From Marsupella aquatica (lineage: Eukaryota; Plantae; Marchantiophyta), in assembly GCA_973895155.1 (NCBI GenBank), contig OZ316892.1, forward strand, positions 5,106,510-5,170,509: a DNA stretch of 64,000 bases, written 5' to 3'. The notes below the pieces were generated by a model, which was not told the DNA's origin, did not search any database, and saw only the letters and a program-made list of their open reading frames with translations. Of the stretch, positions 12,182 through 23,600 are shown piece by piece. Made by a program: the position numbers and the translations under genes. The stretch's first letter is position 1. Each line of letters starts with the position of its first letter.

Positions 12182-15100
12182 ATGATCAATTTTACACGAG
12201 GGGATGAAGTGCAATTGGTGATCGATGGATTTGAAACGGCAATTGGGATAGTTCAAAAGGTTGACCCCCAGGATACTATACAGAACATTTGTCTAGGGGA
12301 TAATCGAATTGGGGTATTGATCGAAAAGTGTTTTGATGGATCGCGTCAACTTCCATTTCCTTCACCCAAATTTTCTACATTGGCTGAGGCAATTGACTCC
12401 TGCGTGATTTGGGATTGTGCATTGGCATACTTGAGGTCATCAACTCAGTGCCGAAGAATCAATGTCGATAATTTCTCTTTGGCTGGAGATGTTGGAAATG
12501 ATAAATCCAAAATTGATGCAAGGGTTGAAGAGGACGTGTTCAAGGAAGGAGATGAAGTTCAGATGTTCATTTTTGATCAGTTGGTTGCAAATGGAATCGT
12601 TTTCAAGATAAATCCGATGGATATTTGTCATACTGAAAGACTCGGGGTTGGTCGCATCAGTATAAGAATATCTGATATTGTTAAGGGAAATCAAAAATTG
12701 CCATACTCGCACCCTGGAGCTGATACAATAGAAGAGGCCTTGCATACCTGGGTTATCTGGAATGTTGCGCATGTTTCTAGAAAGGGCACTCTACAAGATT
12801 TTGGCATGTTTGGTAGTTCAAATATTTTCAATGATCTTCCATTAAAAGATTTTACACTACGTTCCAACTGGATGGCGGAGGAGGTTGATTTGTATGACGC
12901 TTCTCGTTGTCGGAAGGTTGCAACAGGTGTTATCACGGTCCCATTTGAAACAGGTGCCGTTGACGATGAACTTCTTGGTGCAGATCATGTTGGTGTTGCT
13001 GTTGTGAATATCAATGAACCCGGATTATTTCCAAATATCCGTGTGGGTACCCCTGACTTGGTGAGGTGGGAAATCAAATCCCTTCTATTGATTTTGTCTC
13101 AAAGGTTTCTTGGGGATATCCTTGAGGAAGTTTTAGAGAAGTGGATGGAGTCGGGTCGAACTAAGGGCGATCCGGATTCAGATGGTGATGGTAAACCTAC
13201 AAAAAGACCATACAATTTCATTAGGAGGACAAAAGTTGATCTTGAGGAGAAGAAGAAAAGGCATTTGGAGTCGAGGGCACTTTTGAAAATTACCGAGGAG
13301 TCCATTGATTCCATCCAAAGAGAAGGTTGTTGCAAGCTGAAGTGTTGCTTGAACATGCCCAGGGAGGACTTAGAGGCAATGAGGAGGGAATACCATGGAA
13401 TGTCAAGTGACAACAAAACAAGTCACATCTTTAGTCTCTTTGGGTGTCGAGAGGAGCAAGTCAAGAGAAAAGGATTTTTTGTTCTAAAGGGACGTGTGGT
13501 TTGTAAAGATGCATTTATTAAAATGCATGGGTTCAGTACAACAAAGTACTATGACTACAAAAATCAATACAAAGCTGGTTGCACAATTGGTTTCCATGGA
13601 AATCAGGGACAACGGAAGACATGATCAAGCACTTTGCACGCTCACGCCTTGTTGGAGTCCATTTTAATCCAAAATAGGGAACCAATGCCACATCTTCCCT
13701 ATGGTGGGTCCAACGGCATTGACACTATTGAATATCGGCTCCCATCTTGTTTTACTAAGAAGGAGATTTTCCAAGAGGTGTTTACCAAGATGGAATTAGA
13801 TGGGTTTGCTAAGGTTACTGAAGTTACTATGTACAACATCTGGAAAAACTCATTTGATAATTTTGACTTTCACAAGGGAAGTGCATTTGCCAAGTGCACA
13901 TTTTGCACTGAGTTCAAAGATCAATTGATGCGGGAGAAGAGAAAAAAAGAGCGTGCAGAGATTGAAGAGAAAAGAGCGCGACATCTTCGTGAACAAATGT
14001 CAAGAAGATATGTTTACTATGCTCATAGGGTTCTTGCAAAAAAGGATCCTCAAAACTATCTTTGCATTATTCACGATAAGATGAATCAAGCCAAGACTTG
14101 GATCCCCAGGTTGGTCCCCACTCCAAAATCCCTCTCTGGTAGTGGTCAGCCTTTGCCTATTGCTCTTACTGGGATGTTAACCCATGGAAGAGATCTTGGA
14201 GTGTATGCACATTTCAGTTTGACTGGACTTTGGCCTGGAGATGCAGACTTTATCGTGACATCTTTGGCCAAATGCCTCCGAGATTTGGAAGATTACACAG
14301 GAGACAAAACTGGAGACCTTCTTGAAGGATTGAATTGGAATGCAACTAGGCCAATATTTCAGTCCCTTCAAGACTTTGAAGCATTTTTGGCCGGTTACTT
14401 GGAACCCAAAAATGTTTCAATTGTTCGATTTCAAGGCATTGAAGATGGTCAGGAGACTAAAAAGTCAGGCACAGTGGATGTTGGTTCTAAGGATGATCCT
14501 GAGACTACTAGGGGCTCTTTCAAGCCCTTACCAAGGCACCTAACATTGCAGATGGACAATTCAGGGAAAGATAACAAAAATCAATATGTGATGGCATTTT
14601 TCACTGAGCTTGTTAGCAGGGGGTGTTTGAAACTGTGCAAATGTCATTCCTCATGGTTGGCCACACCCATGAAGACGTGGATGCATTATTTTCTCAAGTA
14701 TCCAAATAGGTTAGATACAAAGAGGTTGCTACCCTCTTGGGGTTGATGGCTGAGGTTTGGGAGTGTGAAAGCATTCATCCTGTACCACGATTGATTCAAG
14801 AGGTTGCATCTTACAAGGAGTATTTGAAAACTTTCTAGGTGAAAGAGATAGAAGGTCACTCAAAACCAGTGGCATTTCTTTTCTCCATGAGGGATAATGT
14901 GCCAGTGTATCAATATAAAGCACATGTCAAGCAACCTTGGCTTCCGGCAATGGGGAGGTCCATTTGGAGAACTGATCCCATCACAAATGCGCTCATTTTA
15001 CCGGAAGGCCAACCATTTGCAAAACCTATATCTGGGGATGTACAAAAGAAGGCTGGAGAAATCATCCCATTCCTTAATCGCTATATTGATTTCTTGAGGA

Positions 15101-15884
15101 AAAGTTGTAAGGATGAGACCTCTACAGCATATCAAGAGAGATTTCCTCTGGTCAAATATTGGGAGAATCTTGTGCAAGCACTGTCCGAGGAACTTACAAT
15201 AGAAGGGGAGGGGGAAAGACAATTGCCATTGACAACTGATTTTTGGCCAAAGACTAACCATGGCACAGGTTACAAGATGATTTTGGGACATCTCAGCCGT
15301 CAAGTGAACCTTCTCAAAATCTAGAGATGATGGACCTTCAAAATGAGTACATGGAAGAGATGGAAGATCAAGCTACACCCTTTGTTGGTGCACGACAAGA
15401 GCGAGAACCTGCACGTTGGATTCCTCTACAAGATATTCAAGAAGGTCACTTTGTATTTTTACGTCTAGAGGATGAATGGGAACAGGAAAATGGCAAAGGG
15501 CATTTCTGGTTGGTTCGAGCTTTGGGTGGTGTGGATCCAAACCATGAGGTTCCCTCAACAGATTTGCAACATATTGAAGGGTCTTCTTCAACGTCTGTTG
15601 AGAGGAATGCTCCTATGTTCCAAGTACAATGGTGGAGGCCTAAACATGGTAAGCATGATGCAAAGGATGATGTTCGATATGAACGTTGCTTTCAAACCAC
15701 TAAGACTTGGGAGCTGGATCCTGGGTTTGACAATGTTACTCAAAGTTGGCAGTTTGCAAATTCTACAATGTATGGGTTTAAGTCAGGTGCTAAAGAACAA
15801 AATATTATGGATAGAGGTTTGACAATTCCTAAGAATGTTTTGAAAACTCTCAAAATTTACATGGAAGGTATAATTGATGAGTAG
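12182..15884 (+). pseudogene. Sola-like (DUF7869-type) DDD transposase with three N-terminal TNP1/Transposase_23-like repeats and a C-terminal SH3/Tudor-like domain
   Basis: Motifs CCKLKCC, VCKDAF, CTFC...H, IIHDKMNQAK, LQMDNSGKDNKN and, after a frameshift near 14620, MSFLMVGHTHEDVDALFS at 14641. In-frame stops at 13622 and 14836. Repeats of the form VAxGxV...LG...V.I....LP....TL.EA....V.W occur in the 12182 ORF. Confidence 0.85.
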
Positions 15885-16458
15885 ATTGATAGAACTCGTA
15901 GGTTACAAGTCTCCACTCAAATGACTTGTGATTAAGAGGGTCGAGTTGATTTCCATGCGTTTGTCTAAAGTGAGAGAACAAGACAATCAAATTAATACTC
16001 TATGATCTCTCAAAGTTATTGAATGGACTTTCTTATAATTATTATTTTATTTGTCTTAGTATATTTTAATTCTAGAAAATGATGTCATTTCATTCCTTCT
16101 AGTCTAGTAGGTTGGATATCATCCTAGTTAACTTTGTCTAGACAATATAGTCATTCGATTGTATTGGTGCTTAGTTAGATATCTTACTCAAGCTAAATGT
16201 TTTGAATATAGATGCTATTCAAGCTTATATGTTATTACTAGATTCTATCTAGTTTCCAACCAAATGAACACTTTTATCACCCAAATGTTTTTTAATATCA
16301 TCCAATTTAATATTTTATTTTCCCAAAATTTCATTTTTTGTCCCCAAATTTACATTTAATGATGCTTGAATTTTCATTTTTCATCTTCCAAACTTACAAT
16401 TTTCATGCCTAAAACTATGTTTTTAAATCGCCAAATTTCCCTATATCCTTTATAATTT

Positions 16459-16528
16459 CAGTTTTAATGAATATAGTGATTATGACCGGGGGCGTACTCG
16501 GGCGACGGCGTACGTTGAGTGTCGGGCC
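16459..16528 (-). repeat. Right terminal inverted repeat of the large DNA transposon
   Basis: Inverted match to 3690-3735, with ~25 extra nt between the two matching blocks. Confidence 0.75.
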
Positions 16529-16531
16529 ATC

Positions 16532-16569
16532 TTAGCTCATGAGTCACAAGACTAGAGCAATATCTAACA
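16532..16569 (-). mobile_element. 38-bp stub of the 5' end of a copia LTR
   Basis: Reverse complement TGTTAGATATTGCTCTAGTCTTGTGACTCATGAGCTAA is 37/38 identical to the start of the solo LTR at 17189. Confidence 0.85.
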
Positions 16570-16733
16570 GTTATGGTGCATTCTAGTATCACCAGGACTT
16601 TCTGGTGATAATGGTGGGTTAACCATTGACAGGACATGTACAAAGACTGTACCACCTGTTCAAGAAAGTGTTGGCATTAATTGGCACAAAGTACTTGCCT
16701 ACAAACTCCTGACTTTTGCAGGAAATTCCTACG

Positions 16734-16889
16734 GACAACTTCCGGGGCAAGGCTGGGGTGACCCCTCAGCGTTCTGACCACACCATCTCCCAACCTACTA
16801 AGGATGTCTGCAGACAACTTCCGGGGCAAGGCTAGGGTGACCCCTCAGCGTTCTGACCACACCATCTCCCAACCTACTAAGGATGTCTG
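16734..16889. repeat. 79-bp direct tandem duplication
   Basis: GACAACTTCCGGGGCAAGGCT...AAGGATGTCTG at 16734 and 16813. Confidence 0.95.
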
Positions 16890-16919
16890 TAATCAGGTGC
16901 ATAGAGCATCTTTGGACAC

Positions 16920-18115
16920 TGCTATATAGCAGTTTCAAATGTGGAGAATCCAACTTTCATGTTTTGTCTTATTCATATTTGTGTATCATGTATTTTATTT
17001 TAATGTATCTTAACAAGGGGCATATTTTGTATCACATAGACTTTTAATTCTTTTTTAGACCCCTTTAAATTTTTGGTATCCTATAGTATTTTGGATTTAT
17101 TTTGGCAGCCCCCTTAAATTTTTAAACTTTGTTAAGTCCTAGAGCTATATAGCAGTTTCAAATATGGAGAATCCAACTTTCATGTTTTTGTTAGATATTG
17201 CTCTAGTCTTGTAACTCATGAGCTAACCATAGTTAGGCTAACTCGGGTTAGGACTTAGCTAATGTTAGCGGTAGTGCTGTTGTTGTAGAGGTTAACTCAC
17301 TCAGTCTTGGGTTGAACTATGGTTAGTATATTAACTAGGGTTAGAGTAAACCCTTCAACTTCTATGTGGTGTGAGAACACACAAGAGAGTTCTCAAGAGA
17401 GAACATAGTGATATAGCAAGAGATGAGAGCTTGAAGAGATGAGAGCTATGGTGATGCTTGAGTAGACACATCACCATTAATAAAGCTTGGTCTTCCCGTG
17501 GACGTAGCCAACCTTGAGGCGAACCACGTAACTATTGAGCACGTGTATGTTTGGAGTGTTTTTCCTGATCTGATTTCTCCCCACAGTTGTGAGTATAGCC
17601 AAGGCTGATGCCAGACCCTGGTGAAGCTTAGGCTCATTGTTACAGAGCTAGTTGAGAGATAGAGAGAGCTTGTGCTGTGGATGCTTGGTATGGCCGGTCG
17701 GCCTAGAGTGCAGTAAAACTCTTGTGTGTTCCCGTGGTCGTAGCCTCATGTGGAGGTGAACCACATATTTCTCTGTGTTGACTCTTGTGCGTTGGATGGT
17801 TCATGGGCTTGCAGTTGCGAATGTCGTCTATGCTCAACAATTTTGTCTTATTCATATTTGTGTATCATGTATTTTTATTTTAATGTACCTTAATAAGGGG
17901 CATCCTTTTTGGACCCCTTTAAATTTTTGGTATCCTATAGTATTTTGAATTCATTTCAATTTTGTCTTATTCATATTTGTGTATCATGTATTTTTATTTT
18001 AATATACCTTAACAAGGGGCATCCTTTTTGGACCCCTTTAAATTTTTGGTATCCTATAGTATTTTGTTTTTATTTTGGCATCCCCCTTAAATTTTTAAAC
18101 TTTGTTAAGTCCTAG
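16920..18115. repeat. AT-rich ~120-220 bp direct repeats interrupted by the solo LTR
   Basis: TTTTGTCTTATTCATATTTGTGTATCATGTATTTT...GACCCCTTTAAATTTTTGGTATCCTATAG recurs at ~16961, 17841 and 17960. Confidence 0.85.
17189..17839 (+). mobile_element. Solo LTR (651 bp, copia/Tork-like)
   Basis: TG...CA termini. Near-TSD GTTTT/ATTTT. The empty site catgttttgtctta is present in the neighbouring repeat copy. Two CGTGG.CGTAGCC...GAACCAC motifs typical of plant copia LTRs. Confidence 0.88.
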
Positions 18116-19527
18116 AGAGAAATCAAGGGCTTCATTTTCTACCGCTTGTGAGTATTCTCATGAGTGAGAGGAATGATTCTAAATAATGTCAACACATCCT
18201 CTCTTAAGTTCCCCTTGTGGCTTTCTTTCCTAAATTTATGGTTTTTATTGAAATGAGAGTCATTAATAAGACACATTGAAGTAAGTGCAGAACTCATAGC
18301 ATCTTTATGTCATAAAATTTAATTGTATTTTCCATTGGTCACTATGTGCTTTTATTGCATGTGCTTTATTGATATTATTTTATTCCATTCACACATTTAA
18401 TATGTATTCTAGTTTTACTCTCTAATTTTGTCTACTTAATATCACTACCAGGCAAAAAGTAAAGCATGTTCCAGGATGAGTGAATTAGCTAAGTAAATTA
18501 GCACGTCCTACAAGAGAAACTCTTGGGTTGATGCAATGCAACTGTACTTACTGCCTAGTAGCTCAAAAACCCGTGCATATGCACACACAGGGCTCTCCAT
18601 ACCAAAGTTTCCCATATGCGTCCATACTTGCAAGCATAGTCTAAATATATTAAAAGATTGTTACAGAAAACATTATGGCCTGTAATGACCTCACTTACTC
18701 TGTGGAGTAGGGCATGAACTGTAAACTTTAATTGCAGACTGTAGTGAAAAATTCGAAGTAGGTCATGAAAGGTAAACTTGATCTCATTATAATCTAGAAT
18801 GATGGCGGGGAATGATGTAAAGCCAATAATTGTATGAAAAATAAATATCTCATGCTAGAAGAATTAATTCTAATACCTAGCTTCACTCAACTGCAAGCTT
18901 CAACTACCCTGCCTTTCACCTTAAGTTTAGCATAGTGGTAATGAGGTTCAGCACTAGATAAGTGATTGAACATAATTTGGTGCCCAATTCAAATTTGAGG
19001 TTCCAAATATGGTGAGCTGGAAAATATGCAGAGAATTTCTGGAAATGGTGAGTAGGTTAAATACCAAACACGAAAGTATGGAAAACTTTATATGAGGTGA
19101 ACTGATTTTGCCCCCAAAACTGGAGGAAATTAAATTCCAAATCGAACTGCATGGAAGTCCTTATATGAGGTGAAATGCCCCAAAATTTGGTAGCTAGGTC
19201 TAGGCCACATACAAGAAGAAATCGCACCTCTCTAGAAATTGGTCGCTAGTTGTAAGCCATATGCTGGAGAAATATAGATAGCGCAAACTTTCTGGATAAG
19301 AACATTTCTGATGGCCAACTGCGAAATTCTGGACGCAAGTAAAAATGACCTTTCGCAACACATAAACAATGTAACACTCCCGTAGTATCTATGGGAGGTA
19401 TGTGGCCCTCATAATGATGATGTTCTTTGATGAACCCCTCGAGTGATCCATATCATCCATAGACCTTAAATGAACTGTCTTACTCAAAATCTCACTGGGT
19501 CCATCAAGTAACATTTCTCATTTTGGG

Positions 19528-19694
19528 GATCCATCAAGCATAGCCATAGGCCTCTAGTGTGGGCGTTTTCCGATGTCTTTCGTAAGGAGCTACAAAGAGA
19601 GGATTGCTGATCCATCAAGCATAGCCCCATAGACCTCTATTGTGGGCATCTGCTAATGTCTTTCTTATGAAGGAGCTACAAAGAGAGGATTGCA
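19528..19694. repeat. ~80-bp imperfect tandem duplication
   Basis: GATCCATCAAGCATAGCC...AAGGAGCTACAAAGAGAGGATTGC occurs twice. Confidence 0.85.
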
Positions 19695-20122
19695 AATGTT
19701 CAGGACGGTGCCACGGTTCTTGGTCCGTTATGCTCAACCTGGGAGACAACTCTTTACTCCACAAGTATTGAATCGACATTCTGTATTATCAAATGCGACT
19801 TGAATTAAATTTTCAGCAAGCAGCATGAGACTGATATTGAATCATATGTCAGGTCCTTCGAGAGTCAAGGTGTAGTATTGGGATCGCATGTTCTTTGTCG
19901 ACGCCTGAATTGTGTAACAGGCAGTCTGTTTCTACGTACGCATGCCAATGGATATGAAGTTCAGGATCTTATTTGTGAATTGGGAGAGAAAAATGAGCCT
20001 GAACAAATTTTAATGGCTTTTATCAAGGTACGTTGGTTCCCCTACACTGTTCCGATGCACTCCAAGGATCCTTCGGTGGGCCCCGATTTGTGACCTTCGG
20101 ACACGACAGAATCCTTAGGCAT

Positions 20123-20552
20123 CGCCTTCAGAACTATCGATTCTGCTGACTTTCCCTGGATCACGCGTTGAATGAGCTCTTAAACGGCCTTGTTTAATTT
20201 TGCAAACTTTTTGAGAACCCCCGCACGAGTCATGTCGATTGGATCCATGAGCTCAGGCGTAAATTGGTTTAACGCTGTGATCTGTTCAGGACAAAATGTT
20301 TAGCATGCATGTACATAATTAAGATTTCCCAGCCTTCGTGTGATCGCCCTTAAATGGGAACGCCTTCAGAACTTTCGATTCTGGTGACTTTCCGAGCATC
20401 ACTTACGTGTGGGTCACGTGTTGAATGAGCTAAAACTGCCTTTTTTATTTTGCGAATATTCTCAGAACCACCGAACTAGCTAGGCATGTCGATTGAGTCA
20501 ATGAGCTCAGGCCTCAATTAATTGGGTTTTCCGATGTGACCTGTTCAGGACA
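20123..20552. repeat. ~190-bp diverged direct duplication
   Basis: CGCCTTCAGAACT...GTTGAATGAGCT...ATGAGCTCAGGC...CTGTTCAGGACAA at 20123 and 20361. Confidence 0.8.
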
Positions 20553-20699
20553 ATTCCCGGCCTTCGTGCTGAACACATTGCTACGTGCAGTATGTATTTA
20601 AATAATACATACATTCGTGATATTCGTGCTGAACACATACATACGTGACATTCACTCATTCGCTATTTTAGTGGATCTTGAAAACGTTCTCTGGCTCTT

Positions 20700-23600
20700 T
20701 CCGGAATCTTTTCGTTCGAGGCGGAGCGGAGCGATCCGGAGCGGAGGCGGAGCGGAGCGGCAGCCGGGGTCGGGCGGAGCGGGGGAGCAAGTGAGTGGCA
20801 AGCGGGTCGGATGAGCGGAGGTCGAGCGTGGCGGGGTGAGCCGGGGGGCGCGGCTGGGCGCTGACACGCTGCGGGTGCTGACGCATGGCGGACCCAGGGA
20901 GGGGCATGCGCAGGGGCCCTTTTATGGGGGGCCTCATTACGAGGGACCCCTGGCCCCTCGGGGAGGGGCTCCTTCCGCCGGGGTGACCCTCGGACCCCCC
21001 CCCCCCCTTCCTCCTTACCGGGATTTTAGTGTGGGTTGTTGGCCCCTGGCTTTTCATCCCTGGTTCTCCTCTTTCGGTGCTCCTCGAACTGCATTTCCGT
21101 CTGCTGGCTTTGGCCCTTTGGGGGCTGTTTTCCGGGCCTCGGCTCTGTTTGGCGAGAAGGTTTTGGTGCTTGGGAGCCTTCTCTGCTGGTTGGATTTATG
21201 CTCCAGCCTGGTGACCGGCTCTGGCCTGGTCCGGGGTCTGGCACTTTTTCTCCTGGCTCTGAGCCGGGGTTGGTTCGTGACCTGGGGGAGCACGTTGTGG
21301 TGTGGCTTCTTGGTGATCTGTCCGGAGGGGGTGCCTCCGCGACAGCTTCCCTTGCGCGGGGCTGCGGCGGACCTTTTCGACGTGTGGTTGTTGTCACTAC
21401 CGGGTCGAGGTTCTTTGCTTTGGACATCCATCCTTTGCTTTGGTTTTTGTTGTCGCTTTCGTAATAGTTTCTGTTTGTTTTTGTTTGACTTGCCTACTTT
21501 ATATGTTTCTTCTTTATCCTTGTTTTATATTTTCATTTTCATTTTCTCATGGAGCCTCTTCCCATTCTGAGTTCCCCTCCCCCCACTCCACGCCCACCGG
21601 CTTCCCCCTACTCCACCCCTCTTTCCGTCCGTCGCCATCGTCCCTCCTCACCTCCCACTTCCCCATCTGATCCCCGTGTCCAGTGCGATGCTTGTCATAG
21701 TTGGTACCGGCCGTCAGGTTTGACGCGCCACCGTCGTTCCTGTCCTGCCCTTCGTGCTTCCTCCTCCACCTTGCCTCCACCCCCCGCCCTCCCCCCACCT
21801 CCATCTGGGCCCCCTCCCTCCTCTTGGGATTGGTTGGCTCACCTTGATGTCCTTGCTGCCCTCTATCCCGGTTTTTGGCATCCCCGTTTGTTTACTAGGA
21901 TTCCCGTGCCTGTGCGGCCTCTCCTTCAGAGAGCCTTTCGTCTTCCCTTCGACCGCTTGGCACGCGACCCCTCAGATGTTGGGGCTTGGTCCTTGCTCCT
22001 CCTGCTCCCTCATTGGGTGCTGGTCCTTCCTCCACGGGGGGGGGGGGGGGCATCCGGGCATAGGGAGACCTTGGTCCGGTTGCAGTGGTTCCTTTCTGGG
22101 GATTGGGCTTCGCTTCATGAGGAGTATTACCATAGGTTGTTAGCGATGGCCTCTCGGACCTCTGAGCCTGTCGAGGAGCCATCTGTCCCTCCAGTGCAGC
22201 GCAGGCTTCGCCAATGCCTTCTTTTGGGGCAGGCTGGGGAGTTTTCTCGGGCCGCCCGCTCCTTGGTCCCCCTCTCCCCCTCTCCTCCATCAGCCGAGAC
22301 TGTTCTTGCCTTACAGTCTCTTCATCCCCCGGCTGCATCCGAGGTTCCTTGTTTTCTTGGGAGCTTTACCCCAGAGACCAAGTTCTCCCTATCCCGTGAG
22401 GTGTTCTCCTCTATCTTCCTTCATCTGCCCCGCCTATCCGCGGGCGGGATTTCTGGTATGAGGTTCGAGCACCTACGCGATTGCTTTTGTCCCGACGACT
22501 CGGCATCTGGTTTTTCTGAGTTGTTCCAGGTCTGTGCCCATGTTGCGGGGGGTCGTATTCTTCCTGTGGTCGCTCGGCTTTTGGGGGCCTGTCGGCTTCT
22601 GGCTATGGCCAAAGAGACTGGGGTTGTCAGGCCCCTGGCCATCGGGGAGGTCTTGTTTCGCTTGGTGAGCCGTACGTTGTGTTTGTCTGCAAACTCGGGC
22701 TCCCTTTTCATCATACTTTTTTCCTCACCAGTTTGGTGTGGCCACCCCTGGCGGTTGCGAGAGTGTGGTGCATGGCCTTCGTGCCATCTTGGATATCCAC
22801 CCCGATTGGGCGGTTATTCAGGTGGATGTGGCTAACGCATTCAACTCTGTATCCCGACGGGTCATGTTTGAGGAGTTGTGGGCCGCTGGAGGGGAGATCG
22901 CATCCCTCATCCCCTTCGCCCAGGCCTTCTATGGGACCCCGACCCCCCTGGTTTACCTTGACCATCTTGTTCCTGGGTCCTACGTGACCATCTCATCCGA
23001 GTCCGGGACTAGGCAGGGTGACCCCCTTGGTGAGGCGTTGTTTGCTATGGCGCACCTTCGTGCTATTCGTGCCTCTTCGGCTGCCTTCCCGGGCTGCATG
23101 TTTCCTTCTGTTGCGGATGACACTCACATTGTTGCCCCGGTCTCGCTTGTTGGGGACGCCTATTCCCACTTTGTGGACCAGCTTACCCTCATTGGCCTTT
23201 TAGTTCAGCCTTGGAAGTGTGGGGTTTGGTCTCGTCTCCCCCTCCCCCACTCTTTCACCCCACCTCTTGGTATACCCATTCGGCTCGAGGGCATCCGAGT
23301 CCTTGGGGTGCCATTTGGGGGAGCGGTCTTTGAGCAGGATTTTCTTCTAGCTGCCCTGTCCCAGGACATATTGCATATTGACCAGTTGACGTCCTTGGGG
23401 GATGCCCAGATCTCCTTTTTGATCCTGGTCCTATGTTTTGTTCGGCGTCCTTCCTATCTTCTCCGGACTGTCCCTCCTACCGCGATGTTCCTATCCTTAC
23501 TCTCTTCATTTGACACCACTGTGATGAGAGTCTTTGGTCACCTCATTGGTCCGGGAGCCCTTGATGGAGAGGATGGTTCTTTTGCAGCTAGGCAGGCTGC

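Larger units (their letters stand above)
3690..16528. mobile_element. Large (~12.8 kb) DNA transposon with imperfect TIRs, Sola-like transposase and divergent cargo gene
   Basis: 3711-3735 ATGATCACTATATTCATTAAAACTG matches the reverse complement of 16459-16483 at 24/25 nt. The outer 20-mers GGACCGGGATCCAACGTGCG (3690) and GGCCCGACACTCAACGTACG (rc, ending 16528) match 14/20. The interval encloses a DDD transposase pseudogene. No TSD recognised. Confidence 0.75.

Noticed and set aside
16485-16530. Helitron 3' hairpin terminus
   Set aside because: No CTRR end in the right position and no Rep/helicase. Better explained as part of the TIR.
20617-21570. Several 100-240 aa ORFs on both strands (possible ORF1 of the retroelement)
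   Set aside because: Low-complexity products of a GC-rich 5' UTR with no domain motifs; CRE elements here need only the single ORF.
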